Shown here piece after piece: positions 38,660 to 48,588 of a DNA stretch of 52,169 bases. Every line of letters begins with the position of its first letter. Position 1 is the stretch's first letter. Where the stretch lies: positions 3,271 to 55,439 of the forward strand of contig CAZWEM010000029.1 in the NCBI GenBank assembly GCA_964632315.1, written 5' to 3'. The notes beneath the pieces are model-generated. The model did not search any database. It saw nothing but the letters and a program-made list of their open reading frames with translations, and was not told the origin of the DNA. The translations under genes and the position numbers were made by a program. The DNA is from an uncultured archaeon. GTDB taxonomy: Archaea > Asgardarchaeota > Lokiarchaeia > Sigyniarchaeales > SOKP01.

Positions 38660-39169
38660 ATGAATTTAGAAAAGATTATTATTTTTATTGATAATAGTAA
38701 TTTGTTTCATTCCTTTCAATCACTAAACTTTCATTGTGATTATAGTAAACTCAAAACAATAATTACTGGAAATAGAAATCTGGTAGAAGCAAATCTTTAT
38801 ACAGGGCTGATGTATCCTGTTAGAGAAAAAGAGAAGGCATGGTTTAACTCACTATATAAAATAGGTTATACAGTGAAGACTAGAGCGATTAAAGTCGCTC
38901 CTAATGGTAAAAAAATTGAAAAACGAATTGATGTATTGATGGCAGTTGATATTATCGTTTCTGCTTATGAAAAAATTGTTGATACAATAATCATAGTAAG
39001 TGGAGATAGTGATTTTGTGCCCGTTGTTAAAAAAATAATTGGATTAAACAAGAATGTCGAACTTTGGTCATTTAAAAAACTTCTTTCTCGTCAATTAAGC
39101 GAAATCTTAAAACTAGAACAGATTTTCTATATTGATGATTATTTGGATAAAATTAAGTTAGTAGAATAA
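38660..39169 (+). CDS. NYN (LabA/DUF88) PIN-fold protein
   Basis: FIDNSN, EK.IDV.MAVD, VSGDSDF. Confidence 0.88.
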   Translation: MNLEKIIIFIDNSNLFHSFQSLNFHCDYSKLKTIITGNRNLVEANLYTGLMYPVREKEKAWFNSLYKIGYTVKTRAIKVAPNGKKIEKRIDVLMAVDIIVSAYEKIVDTIIIVSGDSDFVPVVKKIIGLNKNVELWSFKKLLSRQLSEILKLEQIFYIDDYLDKIKLVE

Positions 39170-39204
39170 AGTTTGTTTACATTAAGTTTAATATTATGTA
39201 ATTT

Positions 39205-39241
39205 TGAAAACCTATGCAGCAGTAAATGCTGCTTCTTTTCA
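39205..39241. terminator. Stem-loop between convergent NYN and trxB genes
   Basis: GCAGCA-gtaaa-TGCTGC inner stem; TGAAAA/TTTTCA outer stem. Confidence 0.45.
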
Positions 39242-39260
39242 TCCTCAATTTATTTAAGTT

Positions 39261-40205
39261 TTAGTATTCAATTTTAACTTCTTTTAAATAATCAAAAGCA
39301 GAGTAAGCAGCAATCACTCCTTCAGCTACTCCCGTAATTGCTTGTTTAAAAGGAGCATTAGCAACATCTCCGGCAGAAAAAACTCCTGGGATATTTGTTT
39401 CCGATTTTCTATTGATAATAATTTCTCCTTTTTCATTTATTTTTACTCCTAAATTTTTTGCCAACTCTGAGTTAGGAATAGTACCTATTTCTATAAAAGC
39501 ACCATCTATTTTTAATTTACTTCCTGTGTCAAAAATTATCTGCTCAACTTTAGAATCTCCTTTAATTTCAACTACATTAGTGTTATTGATGATCTCAATT
39601 TTATTATTAGCATACACTCTTTTCTTGTTAATTGGCTCTGCCCGAATATCTTCTCTGCGATATACAATATAGACTTTATTAACATTTTGAGCTAAAAAGA
39701 GTGCTTCTTTAGCAGCAGAATCGCTTCCGCCAATAACAGCTACTACTTTATCCTTATAAAACGGGCCGTCACACGTGGCACAATAAGAAACACCTCTCCC
39801 GGCAAATTTTTCTTCGCCAGGAATTCCTAATTTACGCCTTTCAGAGCCTGTTGCTATACAAATGGCTCGTGTCTTGAATTTCTGAAAAAAAGAAGATAAC
39901 ACGAAATGAGCCCCGGCATTTTGTATATCATTAATCTCATCGGAAATATATGGGATCTCCAATGAATTCATGTGATCTTTAAACATATCCATTAAACCTT
40001 GACCACTAATGGAACTAATTGCTGGATAATTCTCAACTATATCTGTCGTTGCAATTAATCCTCCAAATACTTTTCCGATAATTAAAACATCTATTGCAAA
40101 TCGAGCAGCATATATAGCGCATGCTATTGCGGTTGGACCCCCTCCTACAACAATCAAATCATAAATTTTATCTGGATCAAAACTTTCCATGTCAATATTA
40201 TACAA
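39261..40205 (-). CDS. trxB: Thioredoxin-disulfide reductase
   Basis: VGGGP, ATG, GRGVSYCATCDG, GGSDSA, YRR, AGD. Confidence 0.93.
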   Translation of the reverse strand: MYNIDMESFDPDKIYDLIVVGGGPTAIACAIYAARFAIDVLIIGKVFGGLIATTDIVENYPAISSISGQGLMDMFKDHMNSLEIPYISDEINDIQNAGAHFVLSSFFQKFKTRAICIATGSERRKLGIPGEEKFAGRGVSYCATCDGPFYKDKVVAVIGGSDSAAKEALFLAQNVNKVYIVYRREDIRAEPINKKRVYANNKIEIINNTNVVEIKGDSKVEQIIFDTGSKLKIDGAFIEIGTIPNSELAKNLGVKINEKGEIIINRKSETNIPGVFSAGDVANAPFKQAITGVAEGVIAAYSAFDYLKEVKIEY

Positions 40206-40206
40206 A

Positions 40207-40836
40207 TTAATTACCTCTTATTAGTTCTTTTAACACTTCATTAGGACCTATTATTCCCTCAAATGTTTTTCTATCATTTATTACTGTCAAAGGAACGCTT
40301 AATGTATCAAAATTATTGCCAATCTCTGGATGAGCCATGATATCAATAATTTGTGATTTTATTTTTCCATTTGAAGCTATAGCAAATTGATTTACAAATG
40401 AAACTATCTCTGGGCAATAAGCACATGACTCAGTTATCATCACTTTAATAACTGAAGGAACCATTGTATCAAGATTTTGTTGAATTACTGAACCATAATA
40501 ATTCAATTCCCCAGAGAAGGTTACTAAAGTATCTACAAATGGTTTAATCTCTGCTCCAAATGGATTCGCTTGATAACGAATGATTTCTTCATTTTGAGCA
40601 TTGAAAAATAATATGGCGGGTAAATATTCAATTAAATTCTCTTTTAAGAAAATCTGGTCAGAAATTTCATTAACGGTAAGTAAATTTTCTGAACTCTCTT
40701 CATACGTTTTAATAACCGTTCTTAAATAATCATTATTCTCTTCATTCTTACTCAAAATAAATGTAATTTGAACGGGTTTTTTAAGCCTCTCCATCTCTTT
40801 ACGAATCAACTTATTATAAATATAGGATATCGGCAT
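40207..40836 (-). CDS. Protein disulfide oxidoreductase (PDO) paralog lacking N-terminal CxxC
   Basis: Two Trx folds; only C-terminal CAYC; SVP cis-Pro. Confidence 0.8.
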   Translation of the reverse strand: MPISYIYNKLIRKEMERLKKPVQITFILSKNEENNDYLRTVIKTYEESSENLLTVNEISDQIFLKENLIEYLPAILFFNAQNEEIIRYQANPFGAEIKPFVDTLVTFSGELNYYGSVIQQNLDTMVPSVIKVMITESCAYCPEIVSFVNQFAIASNGKIKSQIIDIMAHPEIGNNFDTLSVPLTVINDRKTFEGIIGPNEVLKELIRGN

Positions 40837-40874
40837 TTTTTTTTAAATGATGTTTATTTATTCGAAATACAATT

Positions 40875-41558
40875 TTAGTATTGGACCCGAATATTTCCCC
40901 CAATTAATTCTCGAATAATTTCATTTGCTCCAACCATTCCAACTAACGTTTTTTGATCATTAATAATTGTATATGGAACTCCTGCAGCATCATAATATTG
41001 ACCTATATCAGGATTTGCATTAATGTCGATTACAACAGTCCTTATTTTTCCTTCAGAGGCTAAAGCAAACAAAGAAGCAATTGTGACTACTGATGGGCAA
41101 TATGGACAAGAGTTTGTAATCATTACTTTTATTGTCGTAGGGTTAATCCGATTAAGATTTTGTTTAATGGCTGCCTCATAATAATTTGGAGCTCCTGCAA
41201 ATGTAAACAAAGCCTGGATAAATGGTTGTATCTCAGGACCTTTAGGTGCGGCTAAATATCTTATATATTCAGTTCCATTCTCATCAACGAATAAGATTGT
41301 TGGAACACGTTGAATATCATACCGTTTGACAAATTCGGGATTATTATCAATTGAGAGTTCCTCAACTGTTAAAAGTCCGTTGGAATTTTCTTCGTAAATC
41401 CTTAACAAACTCATAAATTCATTACAATCCATGCAGGCTCTTATTGTTGTTCCATCCGGTCGAGCACTTTGAGAGGTAAATACTTTTAACTTTACTGGTC
41501 TTTTTAGTTTCGTCATTTCACGTTTAATTATATTTCGATAGTTCTCATCTTGGGACAA
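40875..41558 (-). CDS. Protein disulfide oxidoreductase (PDO/AhpF-N-like)
   Basis: CMDC and CPYC, RVP/GVP; AGGTGA RBS. Confidence 0.88.
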   Translation of the reverse strand: MSQDENYRNIIKREMTKLKRPVKLKVFTSQSARPDGTTIRACMDCNEFMSLLRIYEENSNGLLTVEELSIDNNPEFVKRYDIQRVPTILFVDENGTEYIRYLAAPKGPEIQPFIQALFTFAGAPNYYEAAIKQNLNRINPTTIKVMITNSCPYCPSVVTIASLFALASEGKIRTVVIDINANPDIGQYYDAAGVPYTIINDQKTLVGMVGANEIIRELIGGNIRVQY

Positions 41559-41586
41559 GACTTCTCACCTTTCTCTTTAATTTTAA

Positions 41587-42291
41587 TTAAGCATACATCC
41601 CACCAAAATCTCTTTGTCCTTTTGTTAATTTATCTAAAAGATCTTGAGGGGTAAACATTCCATAAATATTATCTTTTTCATTTATAACCGTATGTGGGAC
41701 ACCCTGAACTTGATATTTCATAGCTATGTCGGGATTCAAATTTACATCAATAACTTCTGCTGATATTTTACCCTTCGAAACTATTGCGAATAATGTTAAA
41801 ACTGGCACGGTCTGTGGACAGTAAGGACATGTAGGGGTGATGAAGATCTTCATGTTAGATTTAGGAATTTTATCAAGATTCGTTTGAATTTGATCCGTAT
41901 AATAGGGTCTCACACCGGAGAAATATTGAATACTATTCAAGAATGGCACAAACTCCGAGCCTGAGGGATTTGCAGAATATCTAATTATTTCTTTCCCTTT
42001 CTCATTAACAAAAAGGATTGCAGGAATTCTTTCCACGTTGTATCTTCGGGCTTCCTCTACATCTTCTTCCGTTGAAACCTCTTCAAAATCTAATTTACCC
42101 TCCGACAGATCTGAAAGCATCTGCAATAAATTATGCGTCCCTTCGCAAGACATGCACACCCGCTTTTTAGTTCCATCATCTTGCATTTTAAAATCTGTAA
42201 ATAATTTTAATACAACTTTGTCTTTTAATTTACTCAGCTCATTTTTGATATTATTCATTTCATTTTCTGAAAATAACATTTTATCACCCAA
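41587..42291 (-). CDS. Protein disulfide oxidoreductase (PDO/AhpF-N-like)
   Basis: CMSC and CPYC, RIP/GVP. Confidence 0.88.
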   Translation of the reverse strand: MGDKMLFSENEMNNIKNELSKLKDKVVLKLFTDFKMQDDGTKKRVCMSCEGTHNLLQMLSDLSEGKLDFEEVSTEEDVEEARRYNVERIPAILFVNEKGKEIIRYSANPSGSEFVPFLNSIQYFSGVRPYYTDQIQTNLDKIPKSNMKIFITPTCPYCPQTVPVLTLFAIVSKGKISAEVIDVNLNPDIAMKYQVQGVPHTVINEKDNIYGMFTPQDLLDKLTKGQRDFGGMYA

Positions 42292-42549
42292 TTCTACATA
42301 AGCTATAATATTATCTGAAATAGCTCTTATAATACTTTTTTCTTTAAAATATAAAAAAATAGAATATTAACTTAGCATGAGATAAATTAAAAAATTAATG
42401 TATTTTTAAGCGTTTATTTATCAATTTATATAATTTATTTTTGACTCTTTGCTTAAACTTTTAAAACCCATATTTTATATCATTAAAATACTACTATTAA
42501 AATAGTCAGATTAATAAATTAACAATCAGCAAAAACAAAATGGACTAGA

Positions 42550-43587
42550 ATGATACCGACATATTCACCAGCCATTATGTACTTCGATTTAAACGGATTG
42601 AATGGCCCAAAAATCAATTTCTGGTATCCTTACGAACTTCCAGAAAATGTTAGGTCATTAATTGGATCGAAATGTAGTTCTATTATTTCTAGCGATATGA
42701 GTTTCATTCCTGAAGTTTTACTGGTGTTTCCTCTTCCTTCATTAAATTCAAAGATGTTGATCAAATATTTCGAAAAACCTAAAAAACAAGAGAAAAGGGG
42801 TCCAGATCGTTCAGTGTTAGTTTTTCTCTTCCCAGAAGGAGATGATGTGATTTTTTACCGCTACATGAGTTATATTGATTCATATTTTGCGGATACAATA
42901 AAAAAGATAAACCAGCTTGAATCAAAATATACAGACAAACAAACAGTTTTTACAGAAATCGTTAATTTAAAAGACACTTTGATTGAGTCAACTGAATATT
43001 TACGTTCAAAAAGTCAATTTTTAACAGAATCCGAAAGATTGGAAGTAACTCCGATAGATCAAGGTTCCACGGAAGAACCCAAATCTAAATTTAAAGTAGT
43101 TATTTTAGGAGATCCAAGCGTTGGTAAGACTTCCACAATATTAAGATTTACCGACAGCGTCTTTTTAAGAGCATATATCCCTACTATGGGCCTCAATATT
43201 ACCCAAAAAAGGTTTGAAGTAAATGAAAATCCCGTTGAATTAGTACTTTGGGACATTGGCGGACAAGTCCATTTTGAGACAATTCGAAGACAATTTTATG
43301 AAGGCGTAAGTGCTTTTGTCATTCTCTTTGATTTGACAAAGCCGGGATCATTTGCTAACGTTCCGAAATGGCACAATGATATTGTCAATTATGTAAAAAA
43401 CGGGCGCTCCCTAAAAGCATATTTAATAGGAAATAAGACAGACTTACATGAGGAAAGAGTTGTGAGCGTGAGAGATGGAATTAGACTCGCAACTGCTTTA
43501 GACATGGAATATATCGAAACTTCTGCATTAACTGGACACAATATTGAGTATTGTTTTAAAACGATATCGTCTGAACTCTTACAATAA
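42550..43587 (+). CDS. Rab-like small GTPase with N-terminal longin/uDENN-like domain
   Basis: GDPSVGKTS, PTMG, WDIGGQ, GNKTD, ETSA; N-terminal YF...NGPKI..YP. Confidence 0.85.
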   Translation: MIPTYSPAIMYFDLNGLNGPKINFWYPYELPENVRSLIGSKCSSIISSDMSFIPEVLLVFPLPSLNSKMLIKYFEKPKKQEKRGPDRSVLVFLFPEGDDVIFYRYMSYIDSYFADTIKKINQLESKYTDKQTVFTEIVNLKDTLIESTEYLRSKSQFLTESERLEVTPIDQGSTEEPKSKFKVVILGDPSVGKTSTILRFTDSVFLRAYIPTMGLNITQKRFEVNENPVELVLWDIGGQVHFETIRRQFYEGVSAFVILFDLTKPGSFANVPKWHNDIVNYVKNGRSLKAYLIGNKTDLHEERVVSVRDGIRLATALDMEYIETSALTGHNIEYCFKTISSELLQ

Positions 43588-44571
43588 TAATTCGCAAGGA
43601 TCTTTTAATTTGGATTTAATATTATTTTTTCTTCCATAAAATTTCAATATCCAGAATGCATCTGGACAGTACGTTGTAATATAACTTTCACTTTTTTTGG
43701 AGTTAATACTTCTTTCAAAATCTTGATAAACCTTCATCCGTTCTAAAGCTATTTTTTCTGCAATATCCGTTCTCAACTGATGTCCAACTCCTCCTCCACA
43801 ACATCCATGGGGGATTTTAACAACATCATAACCGCTTTTTTTATAAAGATCATTTAAATAATTTTCAATTTCTGGAAATTCAATATATTTCATTGGGCAG
43901 GCATGTTGAATCATCAAGTTCCCCGATTTTTTTTCGAAAGATGGAGTTAAATATTCAGTGAAATATTTTATTTCAATATCAAGTTCACTGTAGTGTTTTT
44001 TAAAGACCATGTAACAACTTGGGCAAACTGTAATTATTTCTTTATATCCTTTCTTAATGAAAAATTGCTTGTTTTGTTCTACCAAGTATTCATAAGTTTC
44101 TTTTTCACCAGTACAGAGGATTGGATATCCACAGCATGTTTCTTGTGGGATAACAGAAAACTTTACATTATTCTTAATTAAATATTTAGCGATGTGTTCA
44201 GCATATTTAGGAGTTTTAACAGTTGTAAAGCATCCAAAGTACAATAAAGTATTGCTTTCTCTTAAGATTCCTTCAGGTAACTTAACCCGACTTCTATTTT
44301 TAGTAAAAGGAGTCCCATATACCTTTAAAGCTTCAATACTTGAGCTTAACCCATCAATCGTATTTCCATCTTCCAAAAATTTCTGCTTAAGTAGGAATCG
44401 TTCATAATGAGTTCCGCAGGCTCCACAATGAATGCAATTGTATAGCTTATAATAATCACGTTGCTTGAAGGTAGTTGAATCCTTGTTCTTTAACAAGGCT
44501 AAGACTTCTTCATTTGTTAAGAAATTCGTAGGATCAACCTGTTCACAAGGACAGACGAAATCATCCTTCAT
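43579..44571 (-). CDS. CCG-domain Fe-S oxidoreductase (HdrD/HdrB/GlpC-like)
   Basis: CIHCGAC, YFGC, CCG, CPSC, QHAC, CCGGG, YCP. Confidence 0.82.
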   Translation of the reverse strand: MKDDFVCPCEQVDPTNFLTNEEVLALLKNKDSTTFKQRDYYKLYNCIHCGACGTHYERFLLKQKFLEDGNTIDGLSSSIEALKVYGTPFTKNRSRVKLPEGILRESNTLLYFGCFTTVKTPKYAEHIAKYLIKNNVKFSVIPQETCCGYPILCTGEKETYEYLVEQNKQFFIKKGYKEIITVCPSCYMVFKKHYSELDIEIKYFTEYLTPSFEKKSGNLMIQHACPMKYIEFPEIENYLNDLYKKSGYDVVKIPHGCCGGGVGHQLRTDIAEKIALERMKVYQDFERSINSKKSESYITTYCPDAFWILKFYGRKNNIKSKLKDPCELLL

Positions 44572-44581
44572 AATTTTGGCT

Positions 44582-45577
44582 TTAAAGAAGTAGTTCGAAT
44601 ATATCTTTAGCTCGTGGTTTGATTTTGTAAATTTTACTAAATCTAGCCAAGATCCACCAGCAACTAGGACAATAAGTCGTTATGAAGTCAATATTTTCTT
44701 TATCAAAATCTCTCATTCTTTTTTTGGCAATCTCATCTATAACGTCCGTTCTTCCCATGTAACCACTCCCTCCTCCACAACACCAGTGAGGGACATCTAT
44801 AATCTCATAACCACTTTTAAATAAAACATTATTAACTAATTTATCAACGCCCTCCCTGCCCCGATTTTTTAACTGACAAAGATGTTGTATGGCAATTTTT
44901 CCATCCTTTTTATCTTCTGAAGGCTTTAAATAATCTGCGATGTATTCCACTTTAATTTCATCTTCCATCTCATTAACATAATCTTTTCTAAAAAGGTCAT
45001 AGCAGGCTGGACAAAGACAAATTATTTTCTTAAATTTTTTAAATATCTCAATATTTTCCTTTTTACACGTTTCATACTCTTCTCTTAATCCACTAACCAA
45101 TAAATGCCATCCACAGCAAATTTCAGTTTCTAAAACAGTAAAATCAATGTTTTGTTTCAGTAAAAAATTTAGTGCGTGTTCAGTATATCGAGGGATCCTG
45201 ATTGTGGAAAGGCACCCCATAAATAACAACGTATCAGATTCTTTGGGTATCTCTGGTGGTTTTCTGATCCGCATTGTATTCGAAGGATAGGGCGATCGAT
45301 ATTTTTCAAAATATTCTTTCATTTCCTCAAGCCCTTCAAACGAATTTCCATCTTCAAGATATTTTTCCTTCAATTTTATTCTATAATCTTCAGTATCACA
45401 CTCTCCGCAATGCACGCAGTTATATACTTTGTAAAAATCTTCTTCAGTGAATTCGAAATTATCTTGATCATCAATTAAATTCCTTACTTCTTCATCAGAT
45501 AAGAAATTTTCTGGGTCAGTTTCATCTGTAGGATAATTTTTTCTTCCCTCAATCCTTTGTTTCACGGTGTACACCAC
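44582..45577 (-). CDS. CCG-domain Fe-S oxidoreductase (paralog)
   Basis: CVHCGEC, FMGC, CCG, CPAC, QHLC, CCGGG, CPSC. Confidence 0.82.
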   Translation of the reverse strand: MVYTVKQRIEGRKNYPTDETDPENFLSDEEVRNLIDDQDNFEFTEEDFYKVYNCVHCGECDTEDYRIKLKEKYLEDGNSFEGLEEMKEYFEKYRSPYPSNTMRIRKPPEIPKESDTLLFMGCLSTIRIPRYTEHALNFLLKQNIDFTVLETEICCGWHLLVSGLREEYETCKKENIEIFKKFKKIICLCPACYDLFRKDYVNEMEDEIKVEYIADYLKPSEDKKDGKIAIQHLCQLKNRGREGVDKLVNNVLFKSGYEIIDVPHWCCGGGSGYMGRTDVIDEIAKKRMRDFDKENIDFITTYCPSCWWILARFSKIYKIKPRAKDIFELLL

Positions 45578-45689
45578 ATATCTGAAGTTTATATTTACTA
45601 TTAAAAATATTGTTTAAACATTATAAAGTTTTGAATAATTAACAATATATAATTGAAAAAAAAATAATAAATACCCTTTAATGTATTGA

Positions 45690-46808
45690 TTGATCAAGAA
45701 AATGATTGATGCTCTATTAATTATAAACGAAGCGGGAGCACTATTGTTTAACTGGCACCCAGAAGAACTTGATGAAGAAGGTAGTGATGACTTATTAAGT
45801 GGTTTTCTGACTGCTTTAAACAGCTTTGCAACATTTGAGAGGGGAGAGGATATTAAATCCTTACGTTTAAAGGAAACAACTTTCATATTCGAAAAATATG
45901 ATCAACTTTACCAAAAACTCACTTTTGTAGTAGCAACAAAAAAAACAGATTTAACTGAACTATTGCATGCTTTCATCCATGAAATAATGAACCAATTTAT
46001 AGCCGAATATAACAATATCTTGGATAAAGAATTCGATGGAGAAATTACAATTTTTAGAAATTTTCGAGAAAATGTAGATAAAATAAGCCGGAATCTGGGT
46101 TTGGACGTCTTGGCTTCAAATATTGAGGAAATTGAAAAAGGTACCGTTTTAAAGGCAGTTATATATATCGAACCAAAAGGGGGGAATATTTTTTTCATTC
46201 ACGCTAAACAATATTTAGAGAAAGAAAAACTGAGCTTTTTAATACCTCTTATCCTAAATTCTGCTCAATTACTTTATCAGAATCATCTTAATGAACCCCT
46301 GCATTGGTTCCTTATAAATACTGTTCAAAGTGAAAGTACAGTAGTAGAATCCCGGGAAAATATCCTCATTGTAAAACAATATAATCTCTCGGTTGACTTT
46401 GAAAACGATTTCTTATCATTAGAATTTTTTAAAGATGAAGGAAAATATGTTAAAAAACCTCAAAAGTTAATAGAAAAATTTGAAAACATTAAATGGGACG
46501 CAAGGATTCGACAACTCTTTTTAATAGATTTAGTTGGGAAAGTATTCTATTCTCAAATATTTGATGAGAAATATGATTGTATTGATTACATCCCAGAAAC
46601 TATTAGTTTTTTAACAAGTGCTAAGAAAGCATCCATCGAAATTTATCATCGAGTCTTATTCAATGCTGCGATAGGTGGGGAAAAGATTATAACTATATGT
46701 GTTAATTTTAATAATTTTGCATTGACCCTTATTGGTGATATTAAAGACTTGAATGATTTTAACATGATTCAAGATGTCTGTTTAAAGATATATAAGCAAT
46801 TACAATAA
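45690..46808 (+). CDS. Longin/roadblock multi-domain protein
   Basis: N-terminal LLIINEAGALLF...DLLSGFLTAL.SFA longin signature; two further beta-beta-alpha-beta3 units (VIYIEPKGGNIFF; LFLIDLVGKVFYS). Confidence 0.65.
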   Translation: MIKKMIDALLIINEAGALLFNWHPEELDEEGSDDLLSGFLTALNSFATFERGEDIKSLRLKETTFIFEKYDQLYQKLTFVVATKKTDLTELLHAFIHEIMNQFIAEYNNILDKEFDGEITIFRNFRENVDKISRNLGLDVLASNIEEIEKGTVLKAVIYIEPKGGNIFFIHAKQYLEKEKLSFLIPLILNSAQLLYQNHLNEPLHWFLINTVQSESTVVESRENILIVKQYNLSVDFENDFLSLEFFKDEGKYVKKPQKLIEKFENIKWDARIRQLFLIDLVGKVFYSQIFDEKYDCIDYIPETISFLTSAKKASIEIYHRVLFNAAIGGEKIITICVNFNNFALTLIGDIKDLNDFNMIQDVCLKIYKQLQ

Positions 46809-46895
46809 TTTATAATTATAAATTTTAAATTATAAGATGTCATTATTCTAATTTATTATCATAGGAATATAGATTATTTAAAGTGAGAATTCACA

Positions 46896-47948
46896 ATGTT
46901 TATAGAATTATGGATTGAATTGATGATTCTGCAAACCTTAATCGGGTATTCTTTTGCTTTAGCTAACGCCTTTATAGGGATTTATAACATTAAAGACCTA
47001 AATTTGATGAAAGGAGATTTCACTTTTGTAAAGTATCATAAACGATTTGGATGGACTGAAATTACAATTTTCTATGCCTTATTCGCTCAATGCATGTATA
47101 TGCTATATAGTCATATAATTGCCTCAGATCCGTTATTATTCATCCCTTCTGGTTTATGGTCTCACACATGGATTGGAGGCTTGATTGGAACGATTTTAGT
47201 GACATTTAAATTTATCATCGCAAAATTTAGAAAAGACAGCATTTATCTATATGGGCAATATATTGGTCCAATAGGATTTTTGGGATGGAGTTTAGCCCAT
47301 TGGACCAATCTTTACAATTTCTATTTTGTGGTTTTACCATATTGGAATTCAATGGGGATTCCCACCTATCTTGTGCCTATCTCTTTTCTATGGGCAGCAA
47401 TTCTTCCTTTTATTGGTGCTACAGCACTATTCTTGCTCGTATTATATAAAAGAGGTGCCACTATAAAAGACAAAGCACGTTTTGCCTTTAATCAGATTGC
47501 ATTCTTGTTGCATGGGGTTACATTTGGATATGAAAAGTCTGCGAAGGAATTATTGGGCACTCCGACTTTATTCAAGTATGTCATCCCTAGAACATACGAA
47601 TTCATCGAAAAGATGATGACTATGTCTGGGTTAAATATGAGAAAATTAGAAACAATGAGTCTACCCGATGCTCTAAACGAATTCATTCAAATGGCTCAAA
47701 AAATCGGGATGGCACAACAAGTTAAAATAAATTGGGAGTCAGAGAAATCATTTACCATTGAATCCGTTAACTGTTCAACCTCTCAAGTAAGAAGTGTAAT
47801 GACTGAGGAAGAATTAACAAATGCAGTGTGTCCTTGGGCAATTTTTGCCGCCTCTATTGCTAATAAAATTACCGGAAGAGAATTGAGGATGGAACCTTCA
47901 GAATTCAATCAAATTGGTGCCATAACTAAATTGACCTTGTTAGATTAA
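46896..47948 (+). CDS. Membrane protein with C-terminal V4R-like domain
   Basis: About 5 TM helices with His residues; C-terminal F...G.A, NC...VCP pattern. Confidence 0.55.
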   Translation: MFIELWIELMILQTLIGYSFALANAFIGIYNIKDLNLMKGDFTFVKYHKRFGWTEITIFYALFAQCMYMLYSHIIASDPLLFIPSGLWSHTWIGGLIGTILVTFKFIIAKFRKDSIYLYGQYIGPIGFLGWSLAHWTNLYNFYFVVLPYWNSMGIPTYLVPISFLWAAILPFIGATALFLLVLYKRGATIKDKARFAFNQIAFLLHGVTFGYEKSAKELLGTPTLFKYVIPRTYEFIEKMMTMSGLNMRKLETMSLPDALNEFIQMAQKIGMAQQVKINWESEKSFTIESVNCSTSQVRSVMTEEELTNAVCPWAIFAASIANKITGRELRMEPSEFNQIGAITKLTLLD

Positions 47949-47976
47949 ATATGAATAAAAAAAATTTAAAATAATT

Positions 47977-48135
47977 TTATTCTTTCTTTTTTAACTTGAC
48001 ATCAGTTCGCTGAACACCAACTTCTCTATTAGTAGGCATTGCAGTTCCACAGTTATCACGTTTTGCTTCGTTTGCTTTTAAAGCTTTTTCTAATTCCTCT
48101 TCTAATTCATCATCAGACAGATCTTTATCATTCAT
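47977..48135 (-). CDS. Small 52-aa protein (not in ORF track)
   Basis: MNDKDLSDDELEEELEKALKANEAKRDNCGTAMPTNREVGVQRTDVKLKKKE*, co-oriented downstream of FTR gene. Confidence 0.55.
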   Translation of the reverse strand: MNDKDLSDDELEEELEKALKANEAKRDNCGTAMPTNREVGVQRTDVKLKKKE

Positions 48136-48210
48136 AATAGTTAAAGAGAAATGAAAATATTTAAGGATTCTATTTATGAATCATTGAAAATAATTAATAG
48201 TTCAAAAAAA

Positions 48211-48576
48211 TTATTTATTTAGGAAATCTAAAACTGCCTGTTCCTTCTCTTTAGGCCTTCTTTCAGGTACTGTAACAAAGGCTTCATCGATAGTTTCATA
48301 AAAATCTGAACGCATGTACAAATTACAATAGCAAGTTCCATGTTCTTTGATATCCAAAGGTGCATATTCACAGGGACAGATCAAATCTCTATCTAAATCT
48401 CTATTTCCTGTAGCTAATCTACAAGGACAAGATTGATATCCATGTTTATTTTTATTTACCACTAATCCCTCAATTAATTCATCTAAGGTATTTTTATCTT
48501 TGTTTAATAACCAATTATTTTTCTCAGCAACCTTCTCACAATATTCTAACATTCCTTCTTTTTTATTCATATCCAT
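48211..48576 (-). CDS. Ferredoxin:thioredoxin reductase catalytic subunit
   Basis: CPCR, DLICPC, CYCNLY, PERR; GAGG RBS. Confidence 0.9.
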   Translation of the reverse strand: MDMNKKEGMLEYCEKVAEKNNWLLNKDKNTLDELIEGLVVNKNKHGYQSCPCRLATGNRDLDRDLICPCEYAPLDIKEHGTCYCNLYMRSDFYETIDEAFVTVPERRPKEKEQAVLDFLNK

Positions 48577-48588
48577 CTTAAATTACCT

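Noticed and set aside
39205-39245. Hairpin downstream of trxB as a SECIS element (AUGA/GAA on minus strand)
   Set aside because: No in-frame TGA at a Cys position seen in trxB or the PDO genes, and no matching 3' GA quartet; a terminator is simpler
47977-48135. LSDDELE as a RiPP leader peptide
   Set aside because: No double-Gly site or neighbouring maturase/transporter; the radical SAM genes in the window are CofG/H
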